Below, in pieces: positions 45,495 to 53,635 of a stretch of 64,000 nt of DNA. The position numbers and the translations under genes are program-made. The DNA is taken from the NCBI GenBank assembly GCA_017457305.1, contig JAFTHP010000044.1, positions 118,411 through 182,410 on the forward strand, given 5' to 3'. Within the stretch, counting starts at the first letter, position 1; each line of letters begins with the position of its first letter. The notes under the pieces were generated by a model. The model did not search any database. It was not told the origin of the DNA and saw only the letters and a list, made by a program, of their open reading frames with translations. The stretch comes from Clostridia bacterium (GTDB lineage: Bacteria > Bacillota > Clostridia > Christensenellales > CAG-314).

Positions 45495-45530
45495 GCACCC
45501 CAAGAGTTTTAACTTTTGGGGTGTTAATTT
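45495..45530 (+). terminator. Terminator after the small peptide gene
   Basis: GCACCCCAAGAGTT/AACTTTTGGGGTG stem with one mismatch, then a T-rich tail. Confidence 0.65.
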
Positions 45531-45544
45531 ATCTATAACAAACA

Positions 45545-45779
45545 AAAAAGGTCTACAAGTTGCCTTGTAAGCCCTAAAAATATCTATTTTGTCCAATTTC
45601 CGTATTCATCTCTGATTTGAAACATCCAATGTGTATTGTCGGGTTTTGGTCTTTCAAAAACAAAGATCATTCCGGCATTGCCTTTAGCAAAGATATATTT
45701 AAGTATTGTAATAGAAAAAACAGTCGCATTCGAACGTAAGTTCAAACGCTACTGCGTGTGGCGGAGAAAGAGGGATTTG
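45545..45779 (-). repeat. Scar module 2: 21-nt tRNA-Ser 3' fragment (45759-45779), 53-codon ORF remnant (45584-45745), terminator (45545-45583)
   Basis: TGGCGGAGAAAGAGGGATTTG is identical to the tRNA 3' end. The ORF tail ...WMFQIRDEYGNWTK parallels ...WMTQKRDKYGNWTK in module 1. Confidence 0.6.
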
Positions 45780-45881
45780 TAAGGAGCGAAGCGACGGAAT
45801 AGCGTAACGAAGTGAAGCGTCACGGGTTGTTGAAAATCACTATTGCGATAATCCAGGCTGGCACACCAACAGGAGAAAAAG

Positions 45882-45951
45882 AAAAAGCAGCTCACCTTGT
45901 GTGAACTGCTTTCTTTTGCGACCAAAACGGTGTCGCCAGCCGTTGGCGGAG
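45882..45951. repeat. Proximal direct repeat: last 8 nt of tRNA-Ser plus its downstream flank and terminator
   Basis: See 41063-41133. On the minus strand the hairpin GCAGTTCAC/GTGAGCTGC with a U-run terminates the tRNA transcript. Confidence 0.8.
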
Positions 45952-46035
45952 AAAGAGGGATTTGAACCCTCGCTACGGTAACCCCGTACTACACCCTTAG
46001 CAGGGGCGCCCCTTCGGCCTCTTGGGTATTTCTCC
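45944..46035 (-). tRNA. tRNA-Ser (anticodon GCU), 92 nt, CCA encoded
   Basis: Folded by hand. Acceptor GGAGAAA/TTTCTCC, anticodon loop CU-GCU-AA, 20-nt variable arm, T-arm GAGGG-TTCAAAT-CCCTC. Confidence 0.9.
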
Positions 46036-46072
46036 ATATCCGGTACGAGTTAATATTTTGGTTTGCTAGTGT

Positions 46073-46101
46073 ATTCTAGCACAAAACGACATATAAGTAA
46101 A
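46073..46101 (-). promoter_or_regulatory. Candidate promoter of tRNA-Ser
   Basis: Minus strand TTTACT, 17-nt spacer, TGCTAGAAT, about 38 nt upstream of the mature 5' end. Confidence 0.5.
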
Positions 46102-46273
46102 GCCATTTGAGACATTTTTTTTGATGTTTTTGCCCTTTGATAGATTTATCGCCCTGTACACAAATACGGAAAAAGATATTTAGCAAGTTCAATTTTTACA
46201 CGGCACAAAAGGTTGTCTGTATTTGTTTGTTATTGTAAAATAGATATGTAATTCATTTTTTAGGAGGGAATCA

Positions 46274-46615
46274 ATGAAAAGACTAACCAAAATTCTTTTG
46301 CTTGTGATTGTAATGGTTTTGTCACTTGTTATTGCAACATCCTGCGAAACGGACAAAGACACTATTCCTTCCATCTTCAACACAATTCTTATTGGTGTGG
46401 GACTTGTTATTGGCGGTCTGCTAATCTACTGGCTTGCACTAGCGCTTACTGGCAACAAATACATCATTGCAATAGCATTTGTTATCCCCATCATCTTGGT
46501 AATAACTTCCTACTTTGCTTGGGGCGTAGTTCGCGGAATAATACTTACAGCATTCTACGTTGTGTACTACATTTTGCTAGGAAAACTCAATCAACGCATT
46601 GCCGACGAAATGTAA
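46274..46615 (+). CDS. Small membrane lipoprotein-like protein, 113 aa
   Basis: Signal peptide with an ATSC lipobox-like site, followed by three hydrophobic helices. AGGAGG RBS. Confidence 0.5.
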   Translation: MKRLTKILLLVIVMVLSLVIATSCETDKDTIPSIFNTILIGVGLVIGGLLIYWLALALTGNKYIIAIAFVIPIILVITSYFAWGVVRGIILTAFYVVYYILLGKLNQRIADEM

Positions 46616-46787
46616 CCAACAACTACACATTCCAACAATGTTGCACACAAATGTTGATTTTTGACAATATCGTGTTGCAAAATTAACAACTATATGATAC
46701 AATAAAGTAAATGATGGCACAATTTGTGCCACCATTTTTTATGCACAAACATCACTCACACCCAAACACACACCACACACACGAACG

Positions 46788-48107
46788 ATGAAAAAAGAAA
46801 AATTGACCATTGCACAAAAGCTTGTAAAGCGCAAGTACAAGCCTTCAAACAGACTAGTAAGCGGCTTGTACAAGTTTATTATGTTGGATCTTGTTTACAA
46901 GAAGATTCAAGGAGAATATCATCTTGTTGACAAAGTGACCGATTGCGACGGTCCATGTTTTGTCATTTTTAACCACCTATCCCGCCTAGATCACGTATAC
47001 GTTCTTGGCGCAACCTACCCACGCATCACCACAATGATGGCGGCATACAGCGAGTTTCACCGCTTTAAATTTTCTTGGGTTTTCAAGATGAATAACGTTA
47101 TCCCCAAGAAGCAATACTGCGCCGACACATTGCCTATTCGTGCAGTTAGTCGCGTCTTCAAAAAGGGCGGTTGCGTAACTTTTGCACCAGAAGGTATGCC
47201 AAGTGACTTTGGCGGAAACAAACCCATTGTTCCTGGCACAAGCAAAATGTTCAAGCACTTCAAGGTGCCCGTTTACCTTTGCTACTTGGAAGGTCACTAC
47301 CTACAAAACACCAAGGTTTGCACCGAAATACGCAAGGGCAAAGTGCGCACCACAATGAGTTTGCTGTTTAGCAAAGAAGACGTGCAACGCCTTTCCGTGG
47401 AAGAAATGGACGAAATAATCAACCAAAAGTTCCGTCGTGACGAATATGCTTGGTCCAAGCAACAGGGTATTAAATGGAAGACCAACGGCAACATTTGCCA
47501 AAGACTAGAAGATATTTGTTTCCAATGCCCTAAGTGCGGAAGTCACTTTACAATGAAGGGGATTGGAAACAAAATTGAGTGCTTCAACTGTGGAAACGGC
47601 GCAACAATGGACGACTACTACACCTTCCACCCCTATCCTGATGCTGTAATTCCCGATTCCCCACACGATTGGTTCCAATGGGAAAGACAACAAATCATCA
47701 AGGAAATTAGACAAAACCCCAATTACTACTTTGAAGATTACTGTCAAATTGGCAACCTTGATCCATACAAAACAATTCGCAACAACAAAACAAGCAAAAT
47801 TGTTGGCGAAGGCAAAATTTGGGTAGATCATCAAGGCTTGCACTACAACGGCACACGCAATGGCGAGCCATACACATTTGACATCAGCTACAAAAAGATT
47901 TACACCCTAATTACCGAATTTGATGCAAGCTACTTCAACTTCTACTTGGATGGCGAATACTTTGACGTTTTCCCCAAAACGCAATCGGTGGGCAAGTTCC
48001 TACTGCTTGTAGAAGAAATGCACCGCTACCACGTAAACTACTACAAAAACTTTTCTTGGAACGACTATATGTACGAAGGGCTTGAACTGGGCATCGACAA
48101 CAAATAA
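46788..48107 (+). CDS. Acyltransferase (PlsC/LPLAT family) with a C-terminal zinc-ribbon-containing domain
   Basis: NHLSRLD (HxxxxD) and FAPEG motifs. CFQCPKCG...CFNCG zinc ribbon. Confidence 0.7.
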   Translation: MKKEKLTIAQKLVKRKYKPSNRLVSGLYKFIMLDLVYKKIQGEYHLVDKVTDCDGPCFVIFNHLSRLDHVYVLGATYPRITTMMAAYSEFHRFKFSWVFKMNNVIPKKQYCADTLPIRAVSRVFKKGGCVTFAPEGMPSDFGGNKPIVPGTSKMFKHFKVPVYLCYLEGHYLQNTKVCTEIRKGKVRTTMSLLFSKEDVQRLSVEEMDEIINQKFRRDEYAWSKQQGIKWKTNGNICQRLEDICFQCPKCGSHFTMKGIGNKIECFNCGNGATMDDYYTFHPYPDAVIPDSPHDWFQWERQQIIKEIRQNPNYYFEDYCQIGNLDPYKTIRNNKTSKIVGEGKIWVDHQGLHYNGTRNGEPYTFDISYKKIYTLITEFDASYFNFYLDGEYFDVFPKTQSVGKFLLLVEEMHRYHVNYYKNFSWNDYMYEGLELGIDNK

Positions 48108-48327
48108 TTGATACAACAAAACAATGCAGTTGCACCACGGTGTGACTGCTTTTTCTTTGAGAAAAATGCGACAGTAATTTTCACTTGTGTATTGAAATAG
48201 CATTTTTACTATGATATAATAGTAGTGATGGAAGTTGGTCTTTCGTCATAAAATAGGGTAATGGCGCAATTCTGTCAGTACAGTTTTGTGACAAAATCCA
48301 CAAAAAATATATACAGAGGTGAAGGCT

Positions 48328-50382
48328 ATGATTTGGGAAGTAACAACTTTTTATCTGCTAGCATTTTTGGTAGCGGTAATTGCTTTTGCATTTGCTTTGT
48401 ATCTTTACCTATGGGTAAAAAAACACAAGGTGGAAAATGCAAGAATTAAAGAAGTTTCACAACTGATAAAGGAAGGCGCAAACACCTTCATGGCAAGGGA
48501 ATACAAGATTTTGTCTGTATTTGCCCTAGTTGCCGCGGCTGTCATCTTTGTATTGCTCCCCCAACCCATTTGGATGGGGGACGTTGGTTCAAACGCATTG
48601 ATGGCAGTATCCTACATACTTGGCACTGTACTTAGTGCTATTGCTGGCAAAATTGGCGTTATGGTTGCTACCTTGAGCAACGGAAGAACGGCGGAAAATG
48701 CAAAAAAAGGCATTGCACCAGCATTCTTGATGGGCTTTAGAGGCGGCGCCGTTATGGGATTGTTGGTAGTTGGATGTTCACTACTTGGCGTAGCTGCTGT
48801 ACTGTGGATATCTGGCGACGCAACAATTTTGCTAGGATTTAGCTTTGGTGCAAGCAGCTTGGCATTGTTTGCTAAGGCCGGCGGTGGAATATTTACCAAA
48901 ACTGCCGACGTAGCAGCTGACCTGACAGGTAAAGTTGAACTTGGCATTGCCGAAGACGATCCACGTAACCCTGCCGTTATTGCAGATAACGTTGGTGATA
49001 ACGTTGGTGACGTTGCAGGTATGGGTGCAGATTTGTTCGACAGTAACGTTGCGGCAATGGCTTCGGCATTGGTACTTGCTGGCGATACCAAAGCAAATAT
49101 ATCTATGATTTTCTGCTACGCAATACTTGGTCTACTTAGTAGCGTAATTGGTATTGCAACGGCACGAATTGACAAGAAAGGCAGTCCAACAAAGGCACTT
49201 AACAGCTCTACCTACGTTACTACTGCAATATTCCTAGCCCTAACTGCACTAGCAACTCTTGTGTTCGACAACTTCTCTTGGCGAATTTGGGGTTGTGCTG
49301 CAGCAGGACTTATCGTTGGTGTTGTAATTGGTTTGGCTACCGACTTTTTTACAGACGACAGCAAACCTATTGTTAAAAAATGTGCAAAAGCATCAGCATC
49401 CGGCCCAGCATTTACCGTTCTCAGCGGTATCTCCTACGGTTTTTTGTCCGCACTACCAGCTATGATTGGTATTGCATTGTCAGCGCTAATTTCCTACGAG
49501 CTAGGCGGCGTATTTGGCATTTCTATGGCGGCAGTTGGTATGCTATCCATTGTGGGTATGATTATTTCAAACGACGCTTACGGCCCCATTGTAGATAACG
49601 CAAGGGGACTTGCCGAAATGGGCGACCTTGGAGAAGAAACCATCCGCATTGCCGACGAACTGGATAGCGCAGGTAACACAGTAAAAGCTGTTACAAAGGG
49701 CTTTTCCATTTCCGCTGCAGGACTTACCGTTATTTCCCTTTTGTCAGCATTTATGGCAGAAGCAAACGCAGCTTTCATTGCGGCAGGCAAAACAAATGCT
49801 ATTTTAACAGGCTTTGACATAATGGATCCATACGTATTTTTCGGTATCTTGGTGGGAGCTGTTATCCCAGCAGTATTCAGCGCAATGCTGATACTTGGTG
49901 TTGACAAAAACGCACAACGCATGGTAAAGGAAATTCACCGTCAATTTGACACAATAGAAGGACTAAAGGAAGGCAAATCCAAGGCAGACTACGCAACGTG
50001 CATCAACATTGCTACAAGCGGTTCCTTGCGTGAGCTTATCCCAGCGGGACTTATTGCCATCGTAGCTACACTTGTTGTAGGCTTCATTGGTGGGCCAAAA
50101 GCTATTGGCGGATTTTTGCTAGGCAACATCGTTTCGGGACTACTACTAGCACTGTTTATGAGTAATGCTGGCGGATTGTGGGACAACAGCAAAAAGTACG
50201 TTGAAGCGGGCAACGAAGGTGGCAAGGGCAGTACCGCACACAAAGCGGCAGTTATTGGCGATACTGTTGGCGATCCCTTCAAAGATACTGCAGGTCCATC
50301 CATCAACACACAAATTACAGTAGTTAGCCTTGTTGCATCGTTGTGCTCGGCATTGTTCGTTTTGCTACCTTGGATTGGCTAA
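48328..50382 (+). CDS. hppA: Membrane-integral cation-translocating pyrophosphatase
   Basis: About 684 aa polytopic protein. GGGIFTKTADVAADLTGK, DNVGDNVGD and GDTVGDPFKDT motifs. I prefer the ATG at 48328 (GAGGTG RBS); the GTG at 48319 is an alternative. Confidence 0.9.
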   Translation: MIWEVTTFYLLAFLVAVIAFAFALYLYLWVKKHKVENARIKEVSQLIKEGANTFMAREYKILSVFALVAAAVIFVLLPQPIWMGDVGSNALMAVSYILGTVLSAIAGKIGVMVATLSNGRTAENAKKGIAPAFLMGFRGGAVMGLLVVGCSLLGVAAVLWISGDATILLGFSFGASSLALFAKAGGGIFTKTADVAADLTGKVELGIAEDDPRNPAVIADNVGDNVGDVAGMGADLFDSNVAAMASALVLAGDTKANISMIFCYAILGLLSSVIGIATARIDKKGSPTKALNSSTYVTTAIFLALTALATLVFDNFSWRIWGCAAAGLIVGVVIGLATDFFTDDSKPIVKKCAKASASGPAFTVLSGISYGFLSALPAMIGIALSALISYELGGVFGISMAAVGMLSIVGMIISNDAYGPIVDNARGLAEMGDLGEETIRIADELDSAGNTVKAVTKGFSISAAGLTVISLLSAFMAEANAAFIAAGKTNAILTGFDIMDPYVFFGILVGAVIPAVFSAMLILGVDKNAQRMVKEIHRQFDTIEGLKEGKSKADYATCINIATSGSLRELIPAGLIAIVATLVVGFIGGPKAIGGFLLGNIVSGLLLALFMSNAGGLWDNSKKYVEAGNEGGKGSTAHKAAVIGDTVGDPFKDTAGPSINTQITVVSLVASLCSALFVLLPWIG

Positions 50383-50457
50383 TAAATTGCCACAACTGCA
50401 AAAGGGCATATTGAACAAGTTTAGCACTATAACTACAAGCAGATACTAATAACCTAG

Positions 50458-50497
50458 GAGAACATTGACAAAACAACAGCAATGTTCTCTTTTATTT
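50458..50497 (+). terminator. Rho-independent terminator after hppA
   Basis: GAGAACATTG...CAATGTTCTC stem followed by TTTTATTT. Confidence 0.75.
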
Positions 50498-50552
50498 GCA
50501 AAATGCAACCATTGCTTTGACATATTCTGCCAAAAGGTAGTAAAATTAACCT

Positions 50553-51467
50553 ATGAGTAGACGTACAAAATTGGTATATCCCAATTATTACACACAATTT
50601 AATTGCATTGCAGACAAGTGTCAGCACAGTTGTTGCATTGGGTGGCAAATAGAAATTGACAACGACACTCTTGCCCGTTACACCGCTACCGATGGAGCAT
50701 TTGGACAAAGACTTGTCAATAACATTGACACCACCAGCAAAGCCCACTTTGTACTAAAGGAAGATGGTCGATGCCCCTTTTTGAACAATCACGGGCTGTG
50801 CGATATAATCACGACAATGGGGGAAGATAGCCTGTGCAACATTTGCAAGCTGCATCCTCGCTTTTTCAATAACTTTTGGGGTTGTCAGGAAGCGGGGCTT
50901 GGTCTGTGTTGCGAAGAAGCATCTCGCATCGTGTTGAATCAACAACAATCGTTTGAACTAGTTAACTTTTGTTTGGACAATTACAGCAAAAAGGAAAAAC
51001 GCATTGTAAAACTAAGACAAAGCATGATACAAACAATGCAAAACCGCAATTTGTCACTACTTCAACGGCACACACAACTACTCCAACAGCTAGACCTATC
51101 TATGCCAAGTAGCATAGCAACAGCAAAACAGCTGTATCTGGGGTTAGAAATACTGGATAGTCAATGGCAAACCCTGCTAAATAACCTTGCAAACACTCCC
51201 CTTGAACAACTGTACAATGACGTTCAACTGGAAACTAGCTTGGAACAACTTACCGTGTACTTTTTGTACCGTCACCTAGGGGAAGCCAAAGATTACGAAA
51301 AGGCCATAGATATGGCACGTTTTAGTGTTCTATCAACACAAATGGTAATGTGGCTACTACACAGCAATCAACAAATGAGCTTGACAGTGATTGCTAGGAT
51401 GTACTCGGCGGAAATTGAGTACTCCACCATCAACATTACCAAGATAATTGAATACCTACACAAATAA
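50553..51467 (+). CDS. FliB-like (flagellin lysine-N-methylase family) Cys-cluster protein
   Basis: N-terminal FNCIADKCQHSCCIGWQIEID and later CPFL..GLC motifs typical of the family. No flagellar genes in the window. Confidence 0.55.
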   Translation: MSRRTKLVYPNYYTQFNCIADKCQHSCCIGWQIEIDNDTLARYTATDGAFGQRLVNNIDTTSKAHFVLKEDGRCPFLNNHGLCDIITTMGEDSLCNICKLHPRFFNNFWGCQEAGLGLCCEEASRIVLNQQQSFELVNFCLDNYSKKEKRIVKLRQSMIQTMQNRNLSLLQRHTQLLQQLDLSMPSSIATAKQLYLGLEILDSQWQTLLNNLANTPLEQLYNDVQLETSLEQLTVYFLYRHLGEAKDYEKAIDMARFSVLSTQMVMWLLHSNQQMSLTVIARMYSAEIEYSTINITKIIEYLHK

Positions 51468-51545
51468 AGGCCACTACAAACAAGTGACCTTTTTATTTTG
51501 CCCTATACTCTTTTCAAAGCGAAAATTATTTGCTACAATAGATAT

Positions 51546-52400
51546 ATGAAAAAATTTAAGCGAATTTATGTGGAAATTACCAATATTTGCAACCTAGACT
51601 GCTCCTTTTGTCCCAAACACAGCAGAGCAAAAGGTACAATGACCGCACAGCAATTTGAGCATATTGCAAATCAAGTTGCGCCATTGACGGATGCTTTTTG
51701 CTTGCACCTTATGGGTGAGCCATTATTGCATCCCGAACTAGACAAAATATTGCAAATTTGCCACGACCACAACACAAAAGTGCTACTTACCACAAATGGC
51801 ACGTTGCTACACAAAAATCTACCACTTTTAACCAGTGGCAAGATAAAACGTCTGTCCGTCAGCTTGCACAGCTACGAAGCAAATCAACACTTGCTTTCCC
51901 TAGATGCCTACCTAACCAACGTGCTTACAAGTGCGCAAGCTGTTGCTCAAAGTGGCACCTACGTTGAACTGCGACTGTGGAACGCAACCGCCAACGACCT
52001 TGCACAAAACAGCCTTAACAAGCAAATACTAGATTACATAGCAGCCTTTTTCAAAACTGAACTTGACACTACCACCACAAAGCGCATAGACGTTGCTCCA
52101 CACATCTACATTGGATTTGACGATGCTTTTTTGTGGCCTACTCACACACAAGATGGCAGCAAGGACACTTGCAAATTTTGCTACGGCTTGCGAACACACT
52201 TTGGCATACTTTGCGATGGCACAGTTGTTGCTTGTTGTTTGGATAACGAAGGGCAACTTGCACTAGGTAACGTGTTTGAAAGTGACATCCAAAGCATTTT
52301 AACAAGCCAACGTGCACAAAACATTGCTTGTGGCTTTTCTAATCACACAGCTGTAGAACCATTGTGTCAAAGCTGTCAGTTTGCCACCAAATTCAACTAA
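51546..52400 (+). CDS. Radical SAM protein with a C-terminal SPASM/twitch-like Cys cluster
   Basis: CNLDCSFCP (CxxxCxxC). C-terminal CKFCYG...CDGTVVACC...CQSC. I prefer the ATG at 51546. Confidence 0.75.
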   Translation: MKKFKRIYVEITNICNLDCSFCPKHSRAKGTMTAQQFEHIANQVAPLTDAFCLHLMGEPLLHPELDKILQICHDHNTKVLLTTNGTLLHKNLPLLTSGKIKRLSVSLHSYEANQHLLSLDAYLTNVLTSAQAVAQSGTYVELRLWNATANDLAQNSLNKQILDYIAAFFKTELDTTTTKRIDVAPHIYIGFDDAFLWPTHTQDGSKDTCKFCYGLRTHFGILCDGTVVACCLDNEGQLALGNVFESDIQSILTSQRAQNIACGFSNHTAVEPLCQSCQFATKFN

Positions 52401-52435
52401 AACTACCATCCACCAAGGAAACAAAAGGAGAGATT

Positions 52436-53539
52436 ATGAGTTCAAAAGTATACTTCACCAACCTACGAACATCCTACCGCGAAAACCTTCCACAAAAGCT
52501 TGCGCGTCTTGTAAAACAAGCTGGAATGCTACAAGGTATTGACTTTGCAGGCAAATACACAGCAATAAAAATCCACTTTGGCGAACCAGGAAATTTGTCC
52601 TATCTTCGTCCAAACTACAGCAAGGTTATTGTAGATTTGATTAAATCTGCTGGCGGAAAAGTTTTTCTTACTGACTGCAACACTTTGTATGTTGGCCGTC
52701 GCAAAAATGCTCTTGACCACTTGGAATCTGCCTACGAAAACGGATACAATCCCTTTGCAACAGGTTGCCACGTTATTATTGCCGATGGTCTAAAGGGAAC
52801 GGACGAAACTCTTGTTCCAATCAACGGAGAGTACGTAACACAAGCAAAAATTGGTCGCGCAATTATGGATGCGGATATCTTCATTTCCCTATCCCACTTC
52901 AAGGGACACGAAGATGCCGGCTTTGGTGGCGCTCTCAAAAACATTGGTATGGGTTGTGGCTCACGTGCGGGCAAGATGGAAATGCACAGTGCTGGCAAAC
53001 CAACCGTTAGCCACAAACATTGTATTGGTTGCCGTCAATGCACAAAGATTTGCGCTCACGATGCTATCACCATTACCGACGGCAAAGCTACAATCAGTCA
53101 CGATAAGTGCGTTGGTTGCGGCAGATGTGTAGGAATTTGCCTAAAAGATGCCATTTGGCCAGCAAATGACGAGTCGGAAGACATCCTAAACCGCAAAATT
53201 GCCGAATACTCCCTTGCAGTATTAAAGGATCGCCCTCACTTCCATATCAGTTTGGTTGTGGATGTATCCCCTAACTGCGATTGCCACGGCGAAAACGATG
53301 CCGCAGTTGTTCCTAACGTTGGTATGTTTGCTAGCTTCGACCCTGTAGCTTTGGACGTAGCTTGCGCTGATGCAGTAAATAGACAACCAGTTATCCCAGG
53401 ATCGATGCTTGCCGACCACCATCACAATCACGGCGACCACTTTGCAAAGCTTCATCCCAATACCAACTGGCGCAGTTGTGTTGAACACGCCGAAAAACTA
53501 GGTATTGGCACAACTCAATACGAATTGATCGAAATTTAA
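52436..53539 (+). CDS. DUF362-domain protein with an inserted 2x[4Fe-4S] ferredoxin domain
   Basis: MSSKVYFTNLR...AIKIHFGEPGN...FLTDCNTLY, and CIGCRQCTKIC...CVGCGRCVGIC. AAGGAG RBS and ATG at 52436. Confidence 0.7.
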   Translation: MSSKVYFTNLRTSYRENLPQKLARLVKQAGMLQGIDFAGKYTAIKIHFGEPGNLSYLRPNYSKVIVDLIKSAGGKVFLTDCNTLYVGRRKNALDHLESAYENGYNPFATGCHVIIADGLKGTDETLVPINGEYVTQAKIGRAIMDADIFISLSHFKGHEDAGFGGALKNIGMGCGSRAGKMEMHSAGKPTVSHKHCIGCRQCTKICAHDAITITDGKATISHDKCVGCGRCVGICLKDAIWPANDESEDILNRKIAEYSLAVLKDRPHFHISLVVDVSPNCDCHGENDAAVVPNVGMFASFDPVALDVACADAVNRQPVIPGSMLADHHHNHGDHFAKLHPNTNWRSCVEHAEKLGIGTTQYELIEI

Positions 53540-53635
53540 ACGCCTTGTTAAGTAAAGATTGGTTCTATTACCTTTTCAAATAACACAATTAGTGATATAC
53601 TTTATATAACATTTTTTACTATACGAGGTTAAGTT

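Larger units (their letters stand above)
41063..45951. mobile_element. Integrase-less genomic islet adjacent to tRNA-Ser(GCU), bounded by ~70-bp direct repeats, with internal att-like scars
   Basis: Direct repeats at 41063-41133 and 45882-45951. The interior is visibly AT-rich and holds unrelated small operons on both strands. Confidence 0.55.

Noticed and set aside
45840-46037. 65-aa minus-strand ORF (MEKYPRGRRGAP...)
   Set aside because: It is the translation of tRNA-Ser(GCU) and its terminator. The tRNA fold is complete, so the ORF is spurious.
46724-46930. 68-aa plus-strand ORF overlapping the start of the acyltransferase gene
   Set aside because: It is in a different frame from the motif-supported acyltransferase ORF and has a His/Thr-rich low-complexity translation derived from an ACAC-rich stretch.
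51533-51548. Possible leaderless mRNA for the radical SAM gene (a TGCTACAAT-like -10 only 7 nt before the ATG)
   Set aside because: There is no -35 support and the evidence is a single hexamer. An upstream TTG in-frame start and read-through from the FliB-like gene are equally possible.
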